From assembly GCA_013239625.1 (NCBI GenBank), contig MU053810.1:3297518-3361517 (forward strand): DNA of 64,000 bases, in the 5' to 3' direction. The notes beneath the pieces are model-generated. The model saw only the letters and a program-made list of their open reading frames with translations, was not told where the DNA came from and did no database searches. The position numbers were made by a program, and so were the translations under genes. This document shows positions 26,501 to 39,040 of this stretch, piece after piece. Numbering within the stretch: position 1 is the stretch's first letter; each line of letters opens with the position of its first letter. This DNA is from Lama guanicoe (taxonomy: Eukaryota).

Positions 26501-29197
26501 AGTGGGATTCTGTTTGGTGGGCTGCTGGGGCCTCTGAGAATGGGAACCTCTGAAAGTGAGAAAAATCTGCTGATTTAAGCTACAAGCAAAAACTGAGATT
26601 TGGGGATTTAAGTCACTGAGTTTCTTTTTGTGACCTTGACTATATTTGCAACTTAATGAGATTGACATCTTTTCTCCCTATGCTTTTAAAAATTTTTCCA
26701 CTGATCTTCAAAAACATTTTAAGGAAATTTTTATTATTTAGCTTTTTTAATTTAGTAAAACATCTAAGGATCACTTATCCAGAACATCCAGGAAGCTGGG
26801 GATTATTGTCCCTCACAACCTGCCTTCCTTCCCTCTGTTTCCCCAAGACAGAGAACACACCCCTCAACATACTTTCCCTAAATTTCTGTTCCAAGAAAGC
26901 TCATTTTCTTTTGAGTTGCATCATAGATCCACTAAAGACAGAGGGTCTGCATACATTTTCCCTGTAGAGAAAAATCAGGATGGAAAACCTTAGGCAGGGA
27001 GGTAGGTTTCAGGAGGATGTTGAGCAAGTAACTAGATGATGCTGAAGTGAAGTGAAGGGGAAGAAAAATACATCTAATGTGTGATTATGACACCTTTAGA
27101 TAAGCTCCTAGTCCCAGCAGAAAACCCATCAGAGCTGTGTGTACACCAGGCCCTGCAAAGCTGTTTTTTCTGTCCCTGGAGGTGAGAGTCTGTCACTCCA
27201 TCTGCCTGGGAGAAAGCTCTCATGGGAAGGCTGGGGTGTGGGAGAAACAGTTAGCCTCCTTCCTCACCTGTTCCACACCCAGCCCTGCCCCAGAGCCCAG
27301 GCTCCTGAGGCAGGCCACCAGTCCCATGCAGTTATGACCCACGCATCACTCTGTTGCTTTCTGTAACTGCCTGAAAAGACATCGCTTGATCTGGCGCACA
27401 GTCTGATCCTGTTTGGTGACCCCTTTGCTCCTCCTACCTTGGTACCTACCTTGTACCTCACATCAAATCATAACCCCCAATACGATCCTTGCTTTGACAG
27501 ATTAGACATTGACCTTGCTCTAAGGTGTCATATGAATTCGTAAGACAGGAAGTTTGAAAGGAAGAATGGACAGAGGGCAGACCATTTTCTGATAATTTGG
27601 TCATCTGTTGTGTCAGATGACTATATAGAAATGGATTCAATTACTCCTTCTAATTAATAAATTAGGAATAGCTGATGGATATCCAGAGTCCTGAGCGATG
27701 TGGGGGACATAAGCACCTACTGTGTGCTGGGTCCTAAAACTAGTGCATGTTAGCTCCCTTAATCACAAAACAACTGTGGGAGCTGCCGATTCCCCCACTT
27801 TCTATAAATGCGGAAGTGGAAGCTCAGGAGCCGCCCTGGGTCCCGTTGCAGAGCTGGGATTCAACCTCAGATCTCAGTGATTTCAGAGGCGGTGCTCTTT
27901 TCACGATGGGTTATGAAGGAAGAACCTTGAGGCTTTCCATTTACAAGTGCAGAGTGTGCTAGGAAGACACCTATCCACCCACAGGCAGTGAGCAGAGGAC
28001 AGAGGCCCAGATCCTTAGCACGGTGGTCCCCAGGGGACGGCCACACCTCCTCGGTACCCCTAGTCCTGGCATGGCACTGCAGTTACCTTTTTATGTGAGC
28101 CCAGCAGCTCCTTGATTTTAGTTCATTTACCTTTACCCCATCAGCGGTGCACACAAAGCTTAGCGTGCCACACCGTTGGTTAGATGCGAGATTATGATGC
28201 AGATTCTGTATCATCTAACCCTAGAGGCTGGCCTTTTCCATTCACCGGGAGATCTGGTTTCTTGGCAGCACTTTCTCAGTCTCAGGCCTGCTTTCATAAG
28301 CGTCTGGGACACCAATCTGACAGCACCAACACAGCCCGCCCACACGGCCCCCTCCCCTCCTCCGCTGACAAACATCAGGGCTTGCCGTTCACATCTGATT
28401 CACATGTTTCAACTGTTTTTGCCCCTGTGAGAGTTCTTGTTGGGGATGACAAATACATGGAAATAAGTGAGGGAGAAAATGGAGAAAGAAGCGAGGGGTG
28501 AGTTTCACCTCCTGTTTTTCACAAGTAGAGTTATACATATTGAATTGACATTCACTCAAAGAATAATGAGGAGGTGGGTCTACATCTGGTATCGTCATGG
28601 ACACGTGTGATTTATTTAATTCTGCTACCAGAAGAGCCAGCCAACCAGCATCTTGGTGTTTACAGACTCAGTGAAATCTGTTCCGGGGAGTGGAGACTGT
28701 GGTTGTGAGAATTTAACTCAGGGTGAACCTACAACTTTCTCTGTAAACACAAGAGCTTTAAAAGCTGCCATGCGTTTACCTTATCTGCTTAATACGCAGG
28801 CAGGGAGATATCTAAGTCCTTAGCCACCCTGAGAAAGGAGAATGAGCTGTGTGCTTGGACCGCTGTGTGGGCACCTCTGGTCCCACTGTTTTCTGTGAAG
28901 GCCCTTTGAAGCATAAACACTCGACCATGTCCCCCACTGCAGAGGAGGCTCGGAGAAGTCAAACCTTAAGCCAGTCTGAGAACAAGTTACGTACTCCCCA
29001 CCGGGCGGGGGCTGTAGCCAATGTAGGTAGAAGTGGCGAATCCAGGAAACCTCCCAGCTCACCTCCCTTGAAGCGTCACTCTGGCTTCTCTACTTTAATG
29101 GGGATGAATTCCTAGCAAGGGAGATAGAACTCCATGTGACAGCAAAGAAAATTCAGAAAGTCAAACCCTTTCCCTCAATTTCAATGCCCCATCACGC

Positions 29198-29348
29198 TTT
29201 TATTGTTTGTTATTGTTTTTGTTTGGGGGAGGTAATTAGGAGGTAATTTATTTATTTACTCATTGATTTTAATGGCGGTAGTGGGGATTGAACCCAGGAC
29301 CTTGTGCATGGTAAGTACATGCTCTACCACTGAGCTCTACCCTCCCCT
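29198..29348 (-). mobile_element. Camelid tRNA-derived SINE (vic-1 type)
   Basis: ggggattgaacccaggacc...ctctaccactgagct, with a T-rich tail on the plus strand. Confidence 0.9.
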
Positions 29349-29369
29349 CCATCACTTTTTTAAAGAGTT

Positions 29370-29860
29370 ATGATTTAATTGGTAGGCTGTATTTACAGAA
29401 GGCACCTAGAGTATATATAATGTAGTGGAAGTTTCCCATCTCTGCCTCCAAGTCGTATGCTTCCCCTCCCAGAGGCAACCATTGGAACTGATTTCTTGTG
29501 TTTTCTCCCAGAGGCCCTCATAATTATCTATAAGCAATATACATGTGACACAAATGGAATTATCCTCTATACACTGTTGGGCACCATGTTTTGTTTTGTT
29601 TTGGTTCTTGATTTGTCAGTTTGTCTTAGAAAGATCATTCCAACATCAGCACATTTAGAACATCTGCATCTTCTTAAGGGCTGTGTGGTATTCTCTTTGT
29701 TGGATGAACTCTCATTTACTTACCTTCTCTCTCTATCAGGCATCTAAGTTGCCTTCCATCTTTGCCAGTATAAACAGCGCTTCAAAGAAGGCATTACTTC
29801 ACACAGTTGAGTATTTATGCAGGATACATTCCTGTCGGAGGAATTGGTGTCTCAAAGGAG
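29370..29860 (-). mobile_element. Degenerate L1ME-like fragment
   Basis: cccagaggcaaccatt...aaatggaattatcctctatac...ggctgtgtggtattct. Confidence 0.55.
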
Positions 29861-30129
29861 TAAGTTCCAAATAGCATCAGTCTCAGCTGTAGGCATACGC
29901 CCTCACTTTGCTCAGTCTTTTATCTTCTCCTGGCCTCTTTTACCCCAGCTGCACAAAACCACGTGGAAGTGCCATGCTGTCTCAAACCTCTCTATTCACT
30001 GTCCCCTCAGCCACCTTCTTACTCACTTATCCCACCCTCTTTTGGGGCTCCTGATCCTTTGGCTCTCAAACTAGATAGCACTACTTCCTCTTGCAGCTTA
30101 CTGTCCCCTTGAGAGATGGCATCAATGCC

Positions 30130-31850
30130 ACCGTAGGTGCACCCACAGCACCCAAGCTCTCTCCTGATAGCGGAAAGCATACAGACAGCCAAAAATGGAT
30201 TCACAAACTGACATGCATGAAAAAAACTACACACCATGAGGCGGGCTGTCATGGAAATGGATAGAGAATTACAGGGAATAGTGGAAGAGCCTTCGTTTCA
30301 TAGGACGTTTGATGTGAGGAAGGAACCAGTCATGCAAAGAACTCAGGGAAGGGCATTCTTGGATGTGGGAAGTTGAAGGCACTAACTGGGAAGAACTTGG
30401 CTTATTTGGAAAACTGAAACAAATCAGGCCTAGCTAGAGGACAGGGTGCTGGGGTGGGGAAGGGTAGATAAGGTCTAAGAAACAGGCAGGGGCAAATATA
30501 CAGTGGAATATTATTCAGCCATAAAAAAGAATAAAAATCTTGCCATTTGCAACATGGATGGGCCTGGAAGGCATCATGCTAAGTGAAATAAGTCAGACAG
30601 AGATAGATAAATACTGTATGATCTCACTGATACATGCATGGACTCTAAAAAATTCAAACACATAGACACAGAGAACACACTGGTGGTTGCCAGAGGTGGG
30701 AGGTGGTGGGGGGAGCAATGGGAGAGGGGGGTCAAAAACTACAAACTTCCAGTTATAAAATAAGTAAGTCAAAGGGGTGTCATGGTGACTGAAGTTAATG
30801 ATATTGTATTGTATATTTGAAAGTTGCTAAGAGAGTAGATCTTAAAAGTTCTCATTGCAAGGGAAAAAGGATTTATAACTACGTAAGGTGATGGATGTTA
30901 ACTAGACGTATTGTGATCATTTCACAACATATACAAATATCAAATCGTTATGTTCTACACCTGAAACTAATATAATGTTACATGTTGTTATACTTTCATA
31001 GAAAATTATTCTTTTGAAGGACTATGACAATACTAAATTACAGAGAGGAAAAAGAAAAGCAAAAAACCCAGGCAGGGGCAACATAATCTAAGATGTGACA
31101 GCCCATGGAGGAGTGGGGATATTATTATAAGTACAGCGAGAGCCATTGAAAGGTTTCATATATGTGAGTGATATCCCTTGATTTTCCTTCTAGGAAGAAG
31201 AGAATATACCTTTTTGCAAAAGGGTGCCCAGGGAGGGATGAAGGTGGCCTGGACCAGAATGGTAGCAGTGGAAAAAGAGAGAAGTTGATGGAATGAGATA
31301 TTTTAAAAGAAAAATCAGCAAGATCTGCTAATTGACGGAACGTGGTAGTAAAGGAAAGAAATGAGTAACGGACGTTCCCAGGTTTCTGGCCTGAGCAACT
31401 GAATAAAGCCTGGGAGCTTAAACAGGGTGGGTGGATGTGGAGGAAGTGGGGGAGTCTGAGGGACACTGAGGAGGGAGAAAGAAGCGGACATGATAGTATT
31501 GCCGGTGCAGGGGGTGATGGAATTGAGGTTGGGGAGGGCTGACTCCCAAGATTTTGGCTTATATACCTAAATGGATGGGAGCAAGACACGAAAAACTGGA
31601 GGAAACCTGGGATTGGGGGCAGACAGTTGCATGACTTTAGCTTGGTATTTGCAGGATCTGTAGACTAAGGGCCTCTGAAACATTCAAGTGAAGAGGATAA
31701 GTAGGCACTTGGCTAAAGTTCTGGATGTCAAAGGAGACATATGGGTAGGAGATATATATGTCGGAGTTAATGATGGTAGGGTTGGTAAGTGGGGTCATGA
31801 AAGTAGTTGAGATTAACTAGAATTGGTTTATACAGTGAGCAGGGGACCCA
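30130..31850 (-). mobile_element. L2 fragment interrupted by an L1MA insertion
   Basis: gagagccattgaaaggttt...ggtggcctggaccagaatggtagcagtgga...ggtttctggcctgagcaactg. Confidence 0.7.
30496..31068 (+). mobile_element. 5'-truncated L1MA (L1MA9-like) 3' end with 13-bp TSD
   Basis: ggaatattattcagccataaaaaag...atgctaagtgaaataagtcagacag...gttgctaagagagtagatcttaaaagttctc; CAGGCAGGGGCAA at 30483-30495 and 31069-31081. Confidence 0.85.
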
Positions 31851-31889
31851 CGTTCTAACCCCAAGGAACTAATTTAAAGCTCAGTTGGA

Positions 31890-33230
31890 ACTGAGGTTTG
31901 GAGGATGATGGTGGCTGCCTAATTTTGAATCTTCCCACTTACCCTCCCCAAATATCTATAAATCCAAAGAAGGAGAGCAAATAAAACCACACATGACCCA
32001 CCTCTTCTGCAATCCTAGGAGACAGTTTCATGATGCTTAAATTGGTAAGTAGAAAAACTAACCAATTTCCAACAGCTCCTGTCATCACTGTATCCACTCA
32101 CCGCTGTGAACCGATGGGTGTGGACCACAGGGGAAAGGAAGTTTAAGAGACTTAATAAAAAAAGAGCGAAGAGGTACAGAAGACAGAAGAGTTACCAGAA
32201 AGAGAAAGCCCAAAGCAAATACAGAATCCAAATCAGGACTTGGTAATTCATAGCACTGGCTACAGCAAGGCAGCTTGAAAGTGTGCAGGAAAGGAGTGGC
32301 GTCTTGGAGAAGCACTGTTTCTGGGGAGACTCAGCTCTACAGAGAAGGGAAGGTACCTGTTGGGGATGTGGCAGTGAGGAAAAGAAAGAGGAGGAATTTA
32401 AGCATCCTGCAGACATGAAAAGCATGTCAATGCCTCCTCCCAGCCTATGGACGAAATGCATGAAAACAGGAAAGACCAGACCACATCCATGCACAACTAT
32501 GGCCAGATTAGAAAACACAGAGTAGTCCAGCTACTGACAATGCTCTCCAGAAAAACGGTCATGAAGCTGAAGAAAACCACAGTGTAATGCTTCAAACCAG
32601 ATTAGATACGTTCAAACAAACAGCATTTGGGGATCTGACAAAACAGTTCGAGCTAGAAATACAAAGATGAAGAACAAAAATGAAAAGAAAAAGGCAAGAA
32701 ATGAAACAAGGGATGATCGAACTCAGGAAAACAGCAGAAAAACACAAAATCTTCTCAGAAACGAAGATTCAGTTACAAGGTATCCAAGGGAGAGTAGATG
32801 TGAATGAAATTTTGATAAAGGATATTGAAGAAAAACAGAGGGAAGAAAGTCAAGAGACAGGAAACTAGGTAAATAGAGATGTAAAATGGGTCATAGAAAA
32901 AGTGGTTGAAATGGAGGGCAGAATAGGTCCAAGGTTGTTATACTTGGAGACCCTGCAGAAGATCAAAGAATTGGAACTAAACTAATATTTAAAACTATAA
33001 TCCAACTGGTCATAAATGGTGGATTCTGAACTCTAAAAAGTGAGAGTAGGAATTTTGGCTCTTATTACTAGGAAACAGTGTGACTCATGGGCTAAGTTAT
33101 AACTCTGAAGTTTTTTGAGTGAACCCTAATAAATTAATTGAATTATTAAAAAAAAAGCCCCTATAATCCAAGAAAACATCCTGGGGGGGAAAAAAAAACA
33201 ACCCTGAACCTATCTATTGAAAGGACCCAC
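31890..33230 (+). mobile_element. Ancient L1/HAL1 5' region and ORF1 remnant
   Basis: A-rich strand bias; ORF 32680-32868 reads like an L1 ORF1 coiled coil; later text resembles the ORF1 RRM region. Confidence 0.5.
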
Positions 33231-33231
33231 T

Positions 33232-33720
33232 GGTACCCATGTTCACAGCAGCATTACTCACAATAGTCAAAAGGTGGAAGCTACCCAAATCTGTCAGTGG
33301 ATGACTGGATAAATAGAATGTGGTATATACATACAATGGAATACTGTACTTAGAAAAAAAAAGGAAATTCTGACATATGCTACAACGTGGGTGAATTTGA
33401 GGATATTATGTTAAGTGAAATAAGCCAGGCACAGAAAGATAAATACTTTATGATTCCACTAATAAAAAGAATCCAGAGGAGTCAAGTTCATAGAGACAGA
33501 AAGTGAAATGGTTGCCAGAGGCTGGGAGAGGTGGCATCTGAGAGCTGTTGTTTCATAGCTATAGAGTTTCAGTTTTATAAGATGAAAAGTGTTCTGGAAG
33601 CTGTACAACTCTGTGAATGTACCTATGAAGGTACTTAACACTACTGGACTGGACACTTCAAAATTATTAAGATGGCAAATTTTATGTTATGTGTGTGTTA
33701 CCATGATTTTTAAAAAAAGG
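33232..33720 (+). mobile_element. L1MB 3' end
   Basis: cccatgttcacagcagcattactcacaatagtcaaaaggtggaag...ttcatagagacagaaagt...aaattttatgttatgtg. Confidence 0.85.
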
Positions 33721-33779
33721 AACAACTGGGCAAACACGAAATGAATCTGGGATGATCAACTTTGAGATACCCTGGGGCA

Positions 33780-33960
33780 TTTGTTACCTATCATGGTACA
33801 ACAAATTACTCCCAAATGTAGCAGCTTAAAATAGCAAACAACTACTATCTCATAAATTCTGTGGGTCAGGAATCCAGCAGCAGCTTAGCTGGGTGCCTCT
33901 GCCTAAAGATCTCTCATGAAGCTGCAATGAAGTTGTCTGCCCAGGGCCTCGCCTGAGGCT
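33780..33960 (-). mobile_element. MLT1 (MLT1F/G-like) LTR fragment
   Basis: acaaattactcccaaa...gcagcttaaaa...ttctgtgggtcaggaatcc...gcttagctgggt. Confidence 0.6.
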
Positions 33961-34239
33961 CAATTGGATGAGCTTCATCTAATAAGAGATGATTGGGGAC
34001 ACTTGGGTAAAAGGACTGATGTGCGAGCACTTCCTATATTGAATTGCAGAGCCAAGACTAAAATAAAGGTGAGATTATGGGTGTAAGAATCATGTATCAA
34101 TCAACACCGTACGCGCTGGGAAAGCAGGAAGAATGCAACTCAAAATGGGAAGAGAAGGAAGAGTAAGGAAAGGAGCCTGAGCTTGCATGTCGCTGTATCC
34201 GTGACGGGAGTCAAAAGGATGCCTTGTACAGGACAGTAA

Positions 34240-34800
34240 GCGTGTGCATGCACTCTTTTTAAGAACATACAAACATTCCTGAAAAATTATCATGTATTAG
34301 GGCACAAAGAAAACATTCAAAGATTTCAACAAAGGCAAACGTCACTAACAGTTTCTGAATACAATACAGTAAAGCTAGAAATTAAAAACGAAACTAAAAA
34401 CAAAAAAAAGCACTTCCACCTGGAAATTTTTCAAAATTTATATTAAACACTCGTGGGTTAAAAGGGAAATAGAAACAAAAACGACAGAATTTCTGAAAAG
34501 TAATGATGATGCAAGGCTAAGATCAAGAGCGTATTACTATAAGAAGCAATGGTGAGAAAAAACTCATAGTCCTAAACACCTGTATTAAGTACAATTTTAA
34601 AATGAAAATAAATGAATACGACTCCCCATCCAAAAATCTAGAAAAAAGAACAATAAACCAAAAGAAAGCACATAGAGATAAATGCAGAGATTACTGACAG
34701 TGAACACAGAAAAATAGTAGATCAAATCTATTAATTAAAATCCTGGTCCTTTGGGAAAAAGCACAAACGAGACCACTAGCTAATTTAATCAAGAAAGAGA
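34240..34800 (+). mobile_element. Old L1 ORF2 fragment
   Basis: Decayed endonuclease-proximal ORF2 text (aagctagaaattaaaaac...aaaatctagaaaaaagaac...accactagctaatttaatcaag). Confidence 0.6.
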
Positions 34801-34925
34801 GGTGATGACAGAAGCAGAGTCAGAGAGAGATTGATTAGAAGATGCTGTACAGCTGGCTTTGAAGATTAGCGAAGGAGCCACAAGCCCTCAGTGCAGGCAG
34901 TCTCTAGACGCTGGAAAAGGCAGCC
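34800..34925 (+). mobile_element. MLT1D/E-like LTR fragment
   Basis: gtgatgacagaagcagag...gctggctttgaagat...ggagccacaagcc...ctctagacgctggaaaaggc. Confidence 0.65.
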
Positions 34926-36450
34926 CTTCTTTTGGGTATAAACCTACGAGTGGAATTCCTGAGTCATATGGTAAAGCTATGTTTAACCATCTGAGGAAAG
35001 GCCAGGCTGTTTTCCAAAGTGGCTGCACCGTTTTGCATTTCCACCAGTGTTCGTTCCAGTTTTTCCACATCTTCACCAACACTTGCTATTGTCTGAATTT
35101 TTTATTATATCCATCTTTGTGGGGGCAGGGGTTGAAGTGCTTTGTGGCTTTAATTTACATTTGCCTGTTAACCAAATGATGCTGAGCACCTTTCCATGTG
35201 CTTATTGACCATTTGTGTATCTTCACTGAAGAAATGTCTGTTCAAACTCTTTCCGTGTTTAAAAATGTGTCTCTTATTGTTGAGTTGTGAAAGTTCTTGA
35301 ATTCTACATATGCCTTGTTCTTTTGAACATCTTTGCCTGGTGGTTCATTTTCCTTGATGTTCTGTGTTGGTGTCTGTGCGTTAGACAAACAGGTACCTCT
35401 TGCCATCTTCATGGACTGGTCTTGTACAGGAGACCCTCCTCAATCAGCCCAGTTAGAGAGTCTGGGGACCTCTATCGCCCTTTTCCCTCCTCAAGGGGAA
35501 GCACGTAGCTGCTGTTTTTGTCACCTCATTCTGTGCTGAGTGGGGGCTGGGGGGAGCCATGGCACCTCTCCGTCCAAACCAGTGTGTGTTCTCCCCTCGT
35601 GGCTAGCCTGTGCCCGCCTGTCAGAGATCCAGGCCTGGTAAGGCAGGTGCTAGGTCTTCAGGCAGCCCGGGAGACGTTGGGGTGGTGGCCATACAGATCA
35701 ACAGTTTCCCTCCCTAGTGGGTGCTGACAGCTGCAATTTCTCATCCACTCACTGCCCCTGAGGCAAGGGGACGGTCTCTGGCATCTGCCGGCCCAAGCCA
35801 CCTTGTCTGTTTGTCCCCAGGCAGCTAGCCTGTTGCAGACCTGTCAGCTCCAAGACTGGCAGGGCAGCAGCTGGTCCTCTGAGGAGGCCCCCTGGGAGCG
35901 TTCAGGTGCTGAATGTGTAAACCAACCCCTTCCTTCACCTGGTTAAGCAGGCAGCTCAGGGGGTCTCTTCCGGAGCAGGTGGTGCTGTGCTGGGTGCAGG
36001 GACTCCAGCGAGAGGGAGTCCTGAATCTCCCTACTGACGTCAGTGAGTCCAGTCTTGTGTTTCCCAGGTGCAGGAGCCTTTCAGTTAGTTTCTGGATTTC
36101 TCATAAAGAGACTTTGTCTGTGAATTGCTGCTGAATTCGTATGTTTGTGGGGAAGGAGAGCTCAGGGCTTCTACTCCACCCTCCTGCTGACATCACCCTC
36201 ATTTTAACTTGGAGGACCTTGTTTAGTATTTACATAAGGTAAGATAAAACACAAAAAGCTCACTGTTCTTTCCCAGATTCAGTTGTTTTCTTGAATAAGG
36301 CTCTTCAGATTGCTGCAAGCTTTTGGCTAACGTCCAGAGTTCTGAAAAAGTTGATTATGACAATTTCTGCTAGTTCTGACTGCTTTCACGAAGGAGTGGA
36401 TTTTCAGAGGTCTTTATCTCACTGTTGGAGAAGTGCTTCCTCCCCTTGGT
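34926..36450 (-). mobile_element. Antisense L1M fragments (ORF2 3' end followed by 5' UTR-like sequence)
   Basis: ttttgggtataaacctacgagtggaattcctgagtcatatggt...gatgctgagcacctttccatgtgcttattgaccatttg. Confidence 0.6.
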
Positions 36451-36472
36451 ATTGAAAAAGCTCTGGAAGATC

Positions 36473-36822
36473 TGTATCAGTCAGGGTTCCATCCCCAGAA
36501 CACATCTAGTAGGAGCCATATATTAAGAGATTTATTGCAAGGCATTAATGTGGGCTCTGTTTAGGAAGCCCACAACCCACAGCGCAGACTCTCAGGAGGG
36601 GTGGGCTGAAACTCAGGCACAAGCTGAAGCTGCTGTCCACAGGCAGAATTTCTTCTTCTGGGAAACTTCAGTTCTGCCCTTAAGGCTTTTTAACTTAATT
36701 GAATCAGGCCCACCCAGATTATCTACAATAATCTTCCTTAGTTAAAGTAAATTGATTATAGGCTTAAATGCATCTAGAAAGTACCTTCGCAGCAACACCT
36801 GTATTAGTGTTTGATTGAATAT
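36473..36822 (-). mobile_element. MLT2 (ERVL) solo LTR
   Basis: tgtatcagtcagggttcc...aggcccacccagattatc...cagcaacacctgtattagtgtttgattgaata. Confidence 0.8.
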
Positions 36823-37044
36823 TTTCATCTGATCTCTGGGGAAGCCATGAGTCTCAGAAGGCAACAGGTTTCAAGAGCTATAAATAAGACAAGCCAAATG
36901 GGACTGTCCAGATCAGATGAAGTACAAAATTACAGAAAGCAGTCTGACTCTACGTGCACGGAATGGAAGGAAATTGAACAGGGCAGCTAGTAGTTTGGGA
37001 GACTTGTGAGTAGAAGCAACGGGATTGAGTGCCAAGAACACATG

Positions 37045-37230
37045 ATGTAGCATGGAGAATCAGACTGCCTGGCTCTGTGACTCACTGCCTAGCAGGTTAG
37101 CAACCTTTCTGGGCCTCAGTGCTCTCCTCTGTGAAAGGAGAATAGTATCAAAATAAAACCACGGGTATGAGATTTAAATGAGAGGAAGCAAAGGAAAATG
37201 CTTTATAAACTGTAAAGCACTATGCAGACA
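37045..37230 (+). mobile_element. MIR SINE
   Basis: aatcagactgcctgg...aacctttctgggcctcagt...gagatttaaatgag...tgtaaagcact. Confidence 0.6.
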
Positions 37231-38552
37231 CCTGAGATAATGTAAAGACTTTGTCAAAGTTAAATTTCCCCCCACTGATGATGTAAGCAGCATGTTACAT
37301 TACACTATTTAGAACAGTCAAGAAGACTGAAAAAAGCCCAGCGCATCCTTACATCCGTGGCACACGCGTATCTTACACCCACACGGGGACAGCGGACGTG
37401 CGCCCAGGCAGCAAGTCCCAGATGCCCCTGCGGCTGGTCCTCTAGAGATGTGATCAGTACACACAATTCATTTGTAAATTTTTAGCATTCTTGCTGCTGC
37501 TTATTTTTGGTCAAAAGAGGCAATGCTCAGCTTATGGCATTTTGTTTAATAAAAAACTAAGCCCATGTACGAAAGTATTAAAAGAAAAACTGAATGGCTT
37601 CCCAGTTGAACACTCAGTGATCGATTTTGGGGGCCTTGTGTTTGACGAGGTGAGGGTCTTCCTCTGCATGCCCAGCAGTGCCTCTGCATTCACTGCAGTC
37701 ACATGTTCTGTTCACTCTGATTATTCACTTATTTTTAGAGACTTTGACAGGCCTGCTAATTTTCAGGAAATCAACTCCACAATCTGGGGGAAAAGAGGAC
37801 AGTAGGGAGAAGGAGGGGTTCAATTCTCAGCACTTAAGTGGAAAACTCCCTTATTTTGCCTGATCAAACTGTGGTTTGGGGATGTGGAAGTAAAAACAAA
37901 GCAGGAACTTTCTGGGATTTTGGGGAAACTGTCGGAGGTCACTTAAGGCAATGAATCTACAGGGTAATGAGCTGCTGACCCCAGACCACCAGGAAGCGTA
38001 AGGGGGAAAAAATACTGGGTAAACGCAGTCCAACACAATTCTTGTATTTTAGTGCTATCAGCCGTGGTAAAATTAAATAAAAATAGCACATGTCAGTTGC
38101 CACAGAACCCTTAACTAATACTATCTAAGGCCAAAAAAGTCTTTACAGTGTGTATGAAGATATTAAATTTGTTTCTTAAGAAAATAAAATATCACATATG
38201 TTGAAGAGCTTAACCCTCTTTTTTCACAGGACTTTAACAAACTGGTTGACTGAGTGACTTAAAGTTATGACCCTTTTATAAATGGGTTTCTCAGGTAGTC
38301 AACTCCACTGGTAATTGTGGTGTTAATTTAAATAACCACAGCAATTTATTGAAAACAAAAATTCAAAAGGCAGTATAACTTCAATAAAAACCAAGGGCAA
38401 TCTTGAAATTGCAACAATTTTAGTAAAAGGAGGAAAGAAACCTCAGTGTTTCCAGATGGGAGGCAAAGATCTCTGTAGGTAATACAGCAATTGTAGCTGG
38501 CATCCATGGTATTGCAGAAATTACTTTGCGATACGAAAATGAGGCTCTATTT

Positions 38553-38770
38553 CAGGGGTCAGAGAACTTTCTCTGAAAAGGGTGACACAGTAAAATGTTT
38601 TGGACTTTGTGGGCCATCGTCTTAGTCACAACTCTACAAACTGCCACCGTGGTTTGAAAGCAGCCATAGAAAATACGTGAATGAATGGGCTGTGTCTGAA
38701 TAAAACTTTATTTGCAAAAATCATGTTGTGGCCTGGATTTGGCCCTCAGGCTGTGGTTGGCTGGCCCCAG
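38553..38770. mobile_element. MER58A-like hAT-Charlie MITE
   Basis: caggggtcag...aaagcagccatagaaaatacgtgaatgaatggg...aataaaactttattt...tggccccag termini. Confidence 0.8.
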
Positions 38771-38888
38771 CTCTCATCAGTAAGAAGCTATCTTGTTCAT
38801 GTAAGTACAGAAAAAGCAGAAGGGAAGCATATTACAAAAAGTCTCTAAATTAGTGATCAGTGCAGTAGGAGGAGTTAACCACTTAAGA

Positions 38889-39040
38889 CAGTGTTTTCCA
38901 AACTGGGCCATTCATCGGAAGCCTTGGGAAACATTTAAATTATAGATTTTCAAGTTCCACCTCCAGAGACTGCCTTTTGGTAGGTCTAGGAGTATTTCTA
39001 TATTCCCTAGTGAGACCCTTTGATTAAAAAAGTCCAGTGA
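38889..39040. mobile_element. MER5-like hAT fragment
   Basis: cagtgttttccaaactg...ccacctccagagact...gtaggtctagg. Confidence 0.5.

Noticed and set aside
31125..31589. 154-aa minus-strand ORF
   Set aside because: Lies within an L2 relic; low-complexity Ser/Pro/Leu composition.
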